From NCBI GenBank assembly GCA_943704425.1, contig CALSCP010000388.1:75778-139777 (forward strand): a stretch of DNA of 64,000 nt, written 5' to 3'. The position numbers and the translations under genes were made by a program. Source of the stretch: Ministeria vibrans ATCC 50519 (lineage: Eukaryota > Protista > Filasterea). The notes beneath the pieces were generated by a model, which saw only the letters and a list, made by a program, of their open reading frames with translations, searched no databases and had not been told where the DNA came from. Within the stretch, counting starts at the first letter, position 1, and each line of letters opens with the position of its first letter. Of this stretch, positions 1 to 16,710 are shown in pieces.

Positions 1-135
1 GGTGAGCTCGCGCAGGAGCTCATTTTGAAATGAAACAAACAATATTTCTTCCCATTTCTCCGAACAAGGCGTAATATATTATTCAATGTTGACTGTATTT
101 TGTAATCTGTATTCAAAATAATTCTCCCTATCATT

Positions 136-1688
<1,553 letters not shown>

Positions 1689-2712
1689 TTATTATTATTA
1701 TTTTATTGTGTCCTTGCGTGGTGACTGTATCCAGCACGATATATAAATGGGTTGTGTAGTATTGTATTCAATGTTGTTTATTAGTTGTATAATGGTTAGA
1801 CTAATACTGCTTCTTATTTACCAGTGAGTGAGACTCCGCAGACTCAACAAGAAAGCGTGTTACTGTCACTCTCAGAGGTACACTTTGACACGATAAATAA
1901 TAAATAATAAATATTAAAAGTCAAAAGACTCTATTTCTTTCAATACTAATAATATTATTAAATTCATTATTAATATAATTATTTTAAAATTTGCAATTAG
2001 GTTCAGAGAGTGATTTTGAGCGAACGAAAAGTGTTTGGCCAACTTCAAGCGATTCTTCGCGAGCTGTGCGCCGTGTTTCGGGTGGAATCGCTAAAAGACC
2101 TTCTTCCGTCTGCTCGTCGGGTCGTGCCGCAGTGAGAGACACGCTCGAGACAGTTTGGATGAGAAGTTCTTTTTTTTTTTCTTCTTTTTTTTCTTTTTTT
2201 TTTGTACGTCTTACTTTGTGAATGAAAATAAGCGAGTCCGTTTACACCACGGTCGGTCTGGTCACCCCAGACACTTTAGACGATTGCATTGGCCGCTCGT
2301 CGATTCCCGTGCGTTCAGTCTGTCTATCTTATTACAATCTCGATTGGATCGCTTATTCGACGTCAGACAACGTCATAAACCTTTTCTGCCGATCCGAAGT
2401 CGAAACAAGAGGGCGTCGGCCAAAGCGCGTACACATCAGCTAGCTATGCCCTGTAGTAAGCAATGTATTGTGCATTTTGGTGCAGTCGGTGAGTCAGTGA
2501 AGGGAAATGGAGATCAGGAGAGTCACTCAGGATGCTTTTCGTCATATGTTTGCTTTTGCAATGACGCTGATACCAAACTGACTCCATCGCGACTCACAGT
2601 CACTTTTTTTCATTTATCCTTGTCCGAGGACCTACTCCACACCCACCCTCACCCGTCTGCCCCACCCTTGCCCTCCCGCCTGCCCCCGCAATCGCACACA
2701 TCGTCTACTCAC

Positions 2713-5976
<3,264 letters not shown>

Positions 5977-6067
5977 AGTCATTTACAATTCTTATGTCAA
6001 TCATTAATAAATTAATAATAATCCTTCAGACTAATAATAATACTTTAATACTTAAAAAATAGAAACA

Positions 6068-6100
<33 letters not shown>

Positions 6101-6103
6101 GAC

Positions 6104-6147
<44 letters not shown>

Positions 6148-6248
6148 TTAAAAAGAGAATCGATGCCAAATAAAATATAACTAAAATAGAGCAATGTTTT
6201 CGAGAGACTATCTCCTATTAACGAATGAGGTGCACGTTTAGTTTTATT

Positions 6249-7176
6249 TTATTGCTCCAAGATGTCGGGAAAGGTGACGGTAGAAATGCGAGAAGGAGGA
6301 GTGTTCGTATCAGGAGTGGGCGAGGGCAAGGTCCGCTTGAAGATAGAGGCAAGTTTGGAGCGCCTTGGCGGGGATGGGGAGGGCGGGTGGTCGGGGCAAC
6401 TCTTTTGCGAGCGACCAAGCTTGCGGCGGAGCGACTGGAAGAAGCGCGGATTGGTGGAGCCGGAGACGGGCGAGGGAGCAGGCAAGGGTGGGCTGGATGA
6501 GGTGCAATGCAGGGAACTGGTCACCTGACTTGGGAGACTCATGGCGGGCGATGAACCCGTGCTGGCGGGTGAGCCGAGCTTTTTCTTGACATTTGTGCTC
6601 ATCATGTCGGGCATTGTGGGATTGGACAGTGCGCGAAGACGCTGCGGTGCTTTGCGAGGGACTTTCTTGGGCTCACACCGACGGATCCGAGACGTGGGAG
6701 TCTCGGAAGTGGTGGACTTGAGCTTGTGACCGTCGTTCGTGCAAGTGGGCGATGGTGATTGTGCGCGGCTTGATTTTGGAGGGGTGACTGTTAGCTGAGC
6801 AGGAAGCATCTGATGAAGCTGATGAGCAGCTTTGCATGAGGTTGGAGACGATTGCGACGACGTCGACGAGCAGCTAAAGCCTAGGGGGCTTGGGGTTTTG
6901 GGGGTTGCTGGCGCTGGTGGCGAGGGCGCAGGAATCACCTGCAAGGCGTCTTCCAGGTCGCCTGTGCTTGATGATTTTCTCATCGGCCTCGTCGTACTCA
7001 CCACTTCTGACACGGGAACAGCCGCCACCGCATAGTCCTTGACAACTGGTTGTTCGCGCAGCAGTGTCACAGTTGCAGACACAATATCGTAGCGCGGATT
7101 CCGAAGTGCCTCAATCGTCTCCGCAGCGGAGAATCTAATATAAAAATAATAATAATAATAATAAACGTTATTAGAC

Positions 7177-7224
<48 letters not shown>

Positions 7225-7534
7225 GGGATCAAATTAAAGTGCTTGCGTTACCCGAGAGCTTGCATGCGCTGAACAAGAAGTGGCTCGTCTTTCTCAGTAG
7301 GCATAATGTTGAGAGACATGGGGTCAACGTAAGGGCTCAGACGACACCAGTCTGTCTCGGGGCTCACCCATGGGTGGTCCATGAGGTCTCGCGCACTCGC
7401 TCGCCTCCTTGGATCCTTTTGGATCATTAAGCTGATCAAATGAGCTGCACCTGTGGCACACGCCATTAAGATAAAAACAACGATTATCAGTTGCTGCGTC
7501 GTAAATAATAACAATACAAAAATAGATTAATAAA

Positions 7535-7567
<33 letters not shown>

Positions 7568-9375
7568 CATAATTATTTTATTATTATTATTTTTATTCTT
7601 CTTCTATATATTTTTATTATTGGTTTTGTTGTTTAAAATTAATAATAATTATTGTTAATATGATACCTTCAGACACTGTGCTTGGCAGAGAGTACTTTGC
7701 TTTTGAGACCTTTTTCGTCAGTTCCTCAAGATTGTCTGAGTCAAACGGTCCTACTCCCGTGAGAATCTTCACCAGCAACACACCTAGCGCCCAAATGTCA
7801 ACCTACGACAAAGAGGAACTTGTAAATTATTTGACTTGACTATTGGTCTGAGACTTACCGCGGGCCCAGTGTATTTTCTGCCCTCAAACAGCTCGGGACA
7901 GGCATGCGAAGGAGTCCCACAGCTCGTCAGTAGCATTTCTCCGTCACTGAAACGCTTCGCGAACCCAAAATCGGCCAGTTTGACGTTCCCATCAGTGTCC
8001 ACCAAAATGTTCTCAGGCTAATTATAAGTCCACAACATGAAACAATTTTGTCATAATTATAATAAAAAAATAATAATAATAGCACGTACTTTGATGTCGC
8101 GATGGACAATATTGCGTGCGTGCAAATATTCGAGCGCACTGAGAACCTGTCGAAAATAGTGTCTCGCCTACATCAAAAAGTAACAATGTTAATAATAATA
8201 ACAATAATAATAACAATAATATAATAATAATAACAACAATAATAATATAATAATAAAAATTAATTATTAATGATACAGTCACCACGCGAAGATAATAATA
8301 GAAAAGGGATTAAGATGATTGTGGCTTACCTCGTCTTCGCCAAGAATTCCCCCTCGAATGACATGTGCAAGCTCAAGGCCTCCTTCCACCAGGTCCAGAA
8401 CAAGGAAAAGTCGTTGGCTTGTCTGATAGACTTGAAGAATGCGCACAATGTGAGGATGACGCAGCATTTTCTAATAGTTTAAAAGTGTGGGAATGAAGTG
8501 GGAAGTTTTTTTTCAGTATTCTTCTCTTGACGTCAATTGACACTTCTGCCGTCGCTCTTGACTTTTCTGAATTTCTGTAATACCATGACGCGAACTTCTC
8601 GAATGTGATCCATGTGCGGCGTACGTGAGATCACTTTCAAAGCTACCTATATTGTTAACACATTTATTGGAAATTAAAAAAAAATTATTAAAATTAATTA
8701 TTTTTAGTTTTTTAAAAAAGTTGTTTCTTCTATTTCACATTGTTCTAAATGCGATGATCAGTATCTATCTTTGAGACTTGATAAATGATAATTGATGTAC
8801 ATGTACGGAAAGGTGCGGCGATATAGTATACGAGTATTGGCGGCAGAATAAATATGATAATCTCGCACCGTAAGCGAGATTTCCACCCCCAACGTTGATC
8901 GCCAAAAAGTGAGCGATTTTCTCACTTTCAGGGATAACCGCCCCGTCTGCTACCATATTAATAGGGTGGATTAGGTGTCGAGGCAGCGGCGGAGCAAATC
9001 AAAGCAAAATTTGACGACGATAGATCGGAGCAAAAGTATCGCAGTCAAACGAAAGCAAAACGACGACTTGTCCGAAATCATTCCCCGCCAGCCGTTAAAC
9101 CGCGATGAAAGAAGTTGAAATTGTATCAATCCTGAATGTATCATGCGCCAGAAACGAGTCGATTTAAGCTGACGCGAATGCGAGAGAAGCGAAAACAAAA
9201 AAAAGAAGCGAGCGAAAAAGAAATCTTTTTGGCTTGAGTGAAAAGGTAGTTTGCCGTGTGTTTCGAGTGCACGTACGTCAAGCAGCGTGTAATCATGTCG
9301 GGCATGATACACTTTCGCAGTCGCGCCAGCCCCAAGAAGACGCACGACATTATAGTCACCGACTTTACGGTTCAT
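6249..9375 (-). CDS. MARK/BRSK-like Ser/Thr kinase with UBA domain (kinase 2, convergent paralog of kinase 1)
   Basis: MNRKVGDYNVVRLLGAGATAKV, VALK, HRDIKPEN, DFG, CGTPSHACPE, DIWALG, UBA MQALGFSAAETIEALRNPRYDIVSATVTLL. Intron positions are shared with kinase 1. Confidence 0.93.
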
Positions 9376-10141
9376 GGGCAGAATTTGGCGCAGGGTTTGT
9401 TGAAGGTTTGTTTTGAGTTGTGTATGTGGCGCCGCTGACGTATTCGGTTGTGTTTCGTGTGACGTGGGTATCAGCGACCAGCGTGTGTAACAAAACTGAT
9501 AGTAAATGGGGCGAGAAGATTCAAGATTGAGAGAAAAAAGTGAAAGTAGAAAAAAGCTAAAAAAGCTAATAATAATTATTTTTTTAAAAAACAACAAAAG
9601 TGAAATATCAGCTCCTGAGTTTTAGAGTCTTGCCGTTAGGACCCACTTTGGCCGCGGTAGACGCTGAATATTTCTTTGACATGGTCAATGTGCTGATTAG
9701 CAATCTTTGCCCTTCTACACGAAGTTTCAGGTTCGATTTCGTTTCAGTGACGTCTTTCATTATAACTCCCGTGAGAAACTGGTTGTCAGTCACCGACAGA
9801 CGTACATATGTCGTTTATTCGGTGCCGTATCACGTTTGGACAAAGGTTGTGTGTTGATTCTGCGCATGCGCGACGGCAGCCAGTGCGCATGGAGTGGTGC
9901 ACATGGGAAATTGAGGTTTGGAATAAAATTTGTATGCTACACTTGTGCCGAAAAATCTTGGCAGATGGAAGTTACGACTGAGATCGTTCGTTTCAATTCA
10001 TATTACTTCTTTGCGCTAGCCGAGTTAGTGATAGTGGCTTTATAGATTGTTTACTACCCTGAATCCAGTCTGACCGTCTTGTCCGTCTGGTGTATCAATT
10101 GTCAGGATAGAATCAGCAGCTGAAAATTCCCCATTTTAAAA

Positions 10142-10993
10142 ATGACTGCCAAAGTCGGGCGGTATCAGTTAAAGACCAAGGGTATTGCCTCAGGTGCCAA
10201 TGGATCTGTGCACGAGGCAGTAAACGTGGACAACGGGAACCTGGTAAGCAACGTAGTGTTCGTTTGTTCGCTTCATTTTCTTGCGTGTCGCTGTCGTCCA
10301 TCTGATCCAGGGACAGATCTATGGCTGATCGTCCCATAGCACACGGGAGGCGGACAATGCCCATCCCCCATCCCCTCTTTGACTACTTTAGTACTTCCTG
10401 CTCTGAATTATGGCCTCGCGCCTCGTGCCTCGCGACCTTGGGTGTCAAAATGTCACCGCAACGTTTCGTCGACTTTTCTTTTAAACTCCGTCGGAAGGAA
10501 TCGGCTTGTGTCCACAGTCCAATGCGGACTCTCCGACGCAATGCGACACGGATGAACATGTTGTATATGTACTGTTGCTCGAGCGACGTTTGCAACGGGC
10601 GCTTGTGGATCGTGTCAGGACGGCGTTCGTTTATTTGATGTCTGACTAACATTTTTTTTATTTTTATTCTTATTTTGCCTGTTTTAGGTTGCGATTAAAA
10701 TCGTTAAAAATCGTAAGAACGACCCCAACGCTCGCAAAACATGCGCCCGAGAATCGACAGTGCTTCGACGACTTGCTCACCCTCATGTGATTCGTCTGCT
10801 TGACGTCGTGGAGACGCGGGATGCCGCCTACCTCGTGACGGACCTAATTCCCAACGGCAGAAATCTGACGTCGCTACTGCTGTCACAGCCATGCCATCGT
10901 TTGCGCGAGCTGACCGCCCGCAAACTCTTCCGCCAGTGTCTCAGTGCCATTGACTATTGTCATCGTGTTGGCGTTGTTCACCGGGACCTTAAA
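10142..10993 (+). CDS. Kinase 3, N-terminal half (subdomains I-VIb, ends HRDLK at a splice donor)
   Basis: Exons 10142-10243 and 10688-10993: GIASGANGSV, VAIK, HPHVIRLLDV, HRDLK|gtacga. The intron runs into poly-T and an N-gap. Confidence 0.88.
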
Positions 10994-11035
10994 GTACGAA
11001 CGTGCGTCTTTTGTTTTTTTTTTTTTTTTTTTTTT

Positions 11036-11043
11036 NNNNNNNN
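11036..11043. other. Assembly gap (Ns) after poly-T
   Basis: N run. Confidence 1.
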
Positions 11044-11109
11044 CTTTGTAAACTTTTCACAGTTTAATCTCTGAGTTCTCTCACTTCATTTAACGTTATT
11101 AAAAAAAGA

Positions 11110-11851
11110 ATGCCGTGCTTGAGGTGGACGTACGTCTTGATCTTGATCGGTACGGCAGCGCTGGTCGGGAGCGAGTCCAGCAGCGACCTGCCGGTGGCGT
11201 CGCGCGACGAACTCGTCCGCGCATACAATGGCAAATACTCGCGCTTCCTTGCGCTGCTCATGCCCTGCGCCAACACCCATCTCATTGGCATTGTGGCCAA
11301 CCTACGCCTTCAGTTGCCCTATGTGAAGGTACTCCCGCGACCCCACGCGACTCACGACGCGCTCTGTCAGCAGAGCACTTTATATATATACCATTCGTTT
11401 CAAATCTGCAGAGGAATCTGAAGAATGGACAAACCCATCTCACTGTCTCACTTAGGTGTTCGCGGTGAACAACAGCGACCTGCAAACAATCACGATGGCG
11501 ACGGACGGGATGAATATCACCGAGGGGGTCATCGTGCACAAGCGAGCGGAGGCGGCGCTTGAGATTTATGCGTCGCCGCGACTCAGCGAAGATGTGCTGG
11601 GGACGCTGGGGAGGACGGGCGTGTATGATCCCGACGGCAAGCTGGGCAAGACGGAGGAGAGTCGTGTGCGAGCGGAAAAGGAGAAGGAGAAGGAGGAGAA
11701 GAGAAAGCGCAAGGGCAAGAACAACAACAGCAAGAAGAAGAAGAAGAGCAACAACAGCAAGACGTGCAAGAGCAAAGGAGACAAGACAGGCACTGCCACC
11801 ATGTGTCGCAACGCAACGCCCTTTGATCGCTATCGGAAAAAGAGCCCCTAA
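11110..11851 (+). CDS. Hypothetical secreted protein with Lys-rich C-terminus (2 exons)
   Basis: Signal-peptide-like MPCLRWTYVLILIGTAALVGS; phase-0 intron 11329-11455 joins the two ORFs. Confidence 0.65.
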
Positions 11852-11951
11852 TTCTTTTCTCTGACATGAATATGTGACTTGGTAGTTGTCTCATACATAC
11901 ATACAGTATACTAATAATATCATAATAATGATGTACAAGGAGGACGTTTCT

Positions 11952-13077
11952 TTACTCGGGGTACGGGTCGTCCAAGGGCACATGACACTCGGCCTGAGCC
12001 AGAATCTACTTGAACAAGCAGAGTCAATACACTGTTGTTCACAGCACAGTTCTACTGGACCTTGCGAGCGTGCGGTACGCGATTGATGAGCATGGTGGCG
12101 AAGAGGCGCGCGGCCGTGTCGGGCGAGACGGGCGCATCAAGCAGATGGCGCGTGCGCAAGTGCTCGAGCGTCACTGCAACGCTCACACCGACATTGAAGG
12201 ACTGTGTCAGGCCACTCATCGGTATTTTGTAGTGGATGTCGGCTGGAAGAGTGAGAAATATCAAAAGGTGCAGCACGACGGAATCAACGAGGGGGTGGAG
12301 AAAGAGGCAGGTAAGAATGTCAAATGAATGAGTTAAATGACACAATATGTCAAACGTCGAGCATTGCAATGGTACCTGCTTGCGTGAATTCGGCACTGAC
12401 TCCTTCAACTTCGTTGCCCACCACGAAGGCCAAGGGCCGTCTGTCCCGCAGCTTGCTCACCATATCGTCGAGCGAGACCGACTCGTGCGTCAGGTGGGCC
12501 ACACACACCGTGTACCTTCTTCGGCGCAACTCTTCAATGCACGCTTGGCTCTTTTGGTGCAGGTGGACTCCGAGTGCACCTATGATCATGGATCAGAGGA
12601 CTCAAGCATGACTACAATCGTGAAAGTACTTACTCTCGGCTCCCATGGACGTGCGAAAGGGATGCACTGTAGGAATTTCATTTTGAAGGGCCACGACGTG
12701 GACATCGCCGACTCCTATGTGTCGCGACAGCAGTGAGGGCCCGAATGCGAAAGGATCAGATATTCAGATGTAGTACCGTATCCGTCGCATGTTCGCATGA
12801 TCGCACCAATGTTATCGAAAGATTGAACATTGTCAAGCACCACGCGGGTTTGTATTCTCCGCTGGGCTGCCTAGGAGAACGAGAGCGAGAGAGAGAGCGA
12901 GAGAGAAATTGAGAATGAGAGGCGTTTTCCATTTGTCCTTTTGGGTACCGCTCGCAGCTTCTCCAGGCGCGCTGTTGATGAAAACGGAGCCAATATATCA
13001 ATAGCTCGAACCCAGTGATTCAATCCACCCATGGTATGTGCAGTATTGGTTGAATGTGAGTAAGTTGGATTGATCAT
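11952..13077 (-). CDS. TrmH/SpoU-family RNA 2'-O-methyltransferase (SPOUT)
   Basis: Spliced motifs VVLDNVQSFDNIGAIMRTCDGYG, TSMGAE, AFVVGNEVEGVS, IPMSGLTQSFNVGVS. Five phase-consistent introns. The start could instead be the ATG at 13032. Confidence 0.9.
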
Positions 13078-13272
13078 TCCTTTGATTCCTTCAGTCCTTC
13101 ACCTTTCACATTTCACTCTCTTTGACTAATCACACTTTTTAATTTCCTTCTGTTGAATCAGCACCCCATTCGTACGAAACGGTTCCTCTCTACTGTGCCC
13201 TTGACTACTGTGCCCTTGACCATTCAGCGCCAATATATCAACTCCCTTAAATTTTTTGTGTTTTTTCAGAGA

Positions 13273-14577
13273 ATGGGCGGAGGAGATATTCAATCGGAAG
13301 TTCAAAAGGGCAAATTGGTGCCACTGGCTGACTTAAGCGAACTGGATCTACTTGCGAATAGGTATACCTGCTGTACCAGGCTATCCTGGCCTGTCGATTT
13401 CCACGTTACATGCTGACAAGCACTGACGTGGACGTTTTTTTTAACTCTCTCTCTCTCTCGCTCTTTCTCTCTCGCTCTCGCTCTTAGCCAGCTCAGTGAG
13501 TCTCAGGTGGACTTGCAACGTTGGGTCATTCTTGAGGACGACGTTGTGAGCGAGGAAGAAGAGGGTGTCCAGGAGGAGGAAGACACAGAGGAGAGTGACG
13601 CAAGTTCAGGCAAGGTTGCGGTCGAGGAAGGCGCTGACAGCCGTACTGCCGTGGCCACTGACGCCTCCTGCACCACCCACGACAATGCCAGTGGAGTTGT
13701 CGACGACATTGCTCCGTCTGCGCTTGCCGATAGCTGCCCCGCTGTACCCACTGGCTCAACTGCCACCTCATGTGTTTCTCCGCTCACAACAAAGGAGACT
13801 GCCAGCCGCATTGGCTGCGACCTACCTCAAGTCAATCACAACAACAGCAACAACAACAACCAGATCATTCCTTACCAGTCTCCCACTCCTACGCTTCGGG
13901 AGACTCTTCGCCAGCGCACCTACCGACCCACCACATCGGCTCCACCACAGCGTGTTCAGGTGCAGCGCTCCATTCTTTCAACGACGGCAACAAACGCACC
14001 CAGCGATAGATTCCGCAGGCACTTTATGCGCACCATCTCGCGAGCACGTCCCTATGGACGCCTGTATGTTGTGGTGGGCGCTGTCTCGCTTATTGCGCTC
14101 TTCATGGGCGTTGCTCTGCACCAGCGCGCCTCCATCACGCATCAGCAGCGCGAACTGGACCAGCTACGGTTTCAGCTGGGCAATGTCCAGCAGGCCTACG
14201 AGGAAGAGGTTGCGCTGCGCTCGCAGGAGCACACCCTTCGACGCTCATGCAACATGGAGCGTGAGGAGAGCCGACACAAAGTGAAGCTGCTCAATGAGGC
14301 GCTCGAGAAGGAAAGAGAGTTGCTCAAGGAGTCACAAGCATCGCGTCGCTCGCTCTCCTCTTGTCGCCTTGCTTACGAGCAGCTTGCCAGCGACACCCTC
14401 GACGAGCTCATTGCCCAATTCAATCTGCTTGCGGAGCACATTGCGCGACGAAGTCCTGATCGTCTGAGCAAGCTCATGTCCGAGCTTGCCACCAAGCCAG
14501 TTGTCAATAGCATCCTTCAAGGGTCTCGCAAGCTCAGCAAGACGGTGAAGGGTCTCGTCCGCTCCATCATGAAATAA
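13273..14577 (+). CDS. Type II single-pass membrane protein: acidic disordered N-terminus, TM helix, C-terminal coiled coil
   Basis: Exon 1 13273-13361 joins the 356-aa ORF in phase 2; TM LYVVVGAVSLIALFMGVAL. Confidence 0.75.
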
Positions 14578-14665
14578 AAAAATATTATCATTATTAATTT
14601 GAAGTCCATTTGAAGTTGATTAAATTTTTTTTATTTTCTTTATTATTATTATTATTATTATTATT

Positions 14666-16127
14666 ATGCGCCCGGTGCGTTGTGTGAGTTGTCGGTGCGT
14701 GGTGAGAACCGTCGCCGTGGCTGCATCGGTCGCGGTTCTCCTCCTCGCACCCTTCTTCTTCACCGATCATCTGCATGCACTTTCTACTCTTCATGTGTCA
14801 CACGTACAACGCCCATCGGGGCTCATTCCATCCTTAGAGGGGCGCTCCGGCGATCGCGAGTCACATGAACGACTGTCGGAGTTGGGTACTTTTGAAAAAA
14901 ATTCCTTTCAATCAGTGTCACTGACGTGTGCACGTCGCTGACGTACGCGTAGAGGCTCCTGCCGACGCACTGATAGCTACAAGTACTGCTGCGTCGAAGC
15001 AAACATTTAAGTGGGGGGAAAGACGTTGCTCTTCAGGCTGGATGGCGACGCACGGTGGTCGCTGGATGAACGACACGACTTTTCAGACCTCCACCGACTG
15101 TGTGCTTCCGAGCCTGTCTGAAACGGCGCGCACGCTGATGTCTCTTGCGCGCAACGCTAACGCTGCCAACAGCCGTCGTGTTCGCCTTGCATTTCTGGGT
15201 GACAGTCAGAGTGCAAGATACTATGGTGAGGTTTTGAAAGAGCTTCGGGTGATTTGTGATGGGCGTCTGGAGCGCGCGAAGGAGCGTGTGGACACTGGCC
15301 GGTGCAACAAGACTCTATATTTTGGACTGCAACCCTCATCTGTGTATGGGCTGCCTGCTGACGAGTGGATTGCGCACATTCGGCGTGTCCCCGGTCGTGG
15401 TCCCGCGTCATTTGGACTCATGAATCGCGGCTGCTCCGATTGTAATTTGTGTAGCGGCGAGCTTTGGTCGACTGAGCGTCGCGACCCAAGCGCGCCCGTC
15501 TTTGAGCTCGAGTTTATTCCCGTCGAGTTTGCATTGGACATTGAGCAAGTGGCGAGTGTGTTTGGCGAATCGACACAGGACACTGTCGCCTACTACTTCT
15601 GCCACAACGTGACAGGAGCGTGTGTGCAACGGCGTGCACAGCCGCGACCAGATCACGAATTTGAAGGCAAGCAAGAGAAGAGTCTGCTCTTTGTGGTGTG
15701 GAACACGGGCTTGCACGACCGTGTCGTACCATCGTACACCAAAGAGCTGTATACCAAGAATGTGCTGGACGCCATTCACAAGTTTTACGCGTCGGGTGCC
15801 AGCAGCGTCTCCTTCATCCACACCACTGCCACATGTGACGCTCGCCATCCCGAGCGCTATCGCGAAAAAATCAAGGGCCGCGACAACCTCAACATATTTC
15901 AAATGAACGTCGCGCTGCATCATGCGCTGGCCATCGAGCGAGCGACGGATGATTCGCTGCGGCGACTGCGTGTCCCTCAAGTCGATGCCTTTGCTCTCTC
16001 GGCTGGTCCCTACTTGTACCAACATCACGACGATGGCGTCCACGTCACTACCTCCGTCGCCCGTCTCATTGCGTCTGCCGCCCTCATTGATGTCGTCAAT
16101 GCGCTCGCTAAGAGCCAACGTATCTAA
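14666..16127 (+). CDS. SGNH/GDSL (PC-esterase/TBL-like) acylesterase or O-acyltransferase with N-terminal membrane anchor
   Basis: AFLGDSQ, WNTGLHD and DDGVH catalytic motifs; one phase-1 intron; N-terminal hydrophobic anchor. Confidence 0.8.
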
Positions 16128-16436
16128 GTTATCAGTTATGTGTATTATGTATGAGAAGTAAATAAGACACGAATGTGTGAAGAATGTTAGACCTAAATCC
16201 AGTAATTCACCTGTTCACTTACGCTTCTGTTAACGTACGTTGAACGGTTGGGGACTTGTCACTTGGGAGTTACTCTAGTCTCTATGGCGGAAGCATTGCG
16301 TTACATATTACTCTATGTGTATTAGTACTTTTTTTCGAACTTTATTCTTCCTCTCAGTCGTTGATCTAACATGAAACTTCTTTCTTCATCTTTTTTTGCT
16401 GCTCAATACATCTCGGGTTGAAGAGCAGCGGCAACC

Positions 16437-16671
16437 ATGTCATTCTGGGACTCGATGAACTCTATCTCGTCGAATCTACAGAGTAAGCTCGAGAGCATTG
16501 TGGACGACAAGCCGTCGAGTGCGCTGCGAGAGAAGCCTGCCGACCGCGACCCGCCATCGTCGCACACCAGCAGTGCACAGCCGACTGCCAGCGAATCAGA
16601 GGTAAGAGCGCGCCGATGGACGAGTGGCGTGGAACTGTCTACTTTTCTCACTTACTCTCTCTATCGCTCTC

Positions 16672-16710
<39 letters not shown>

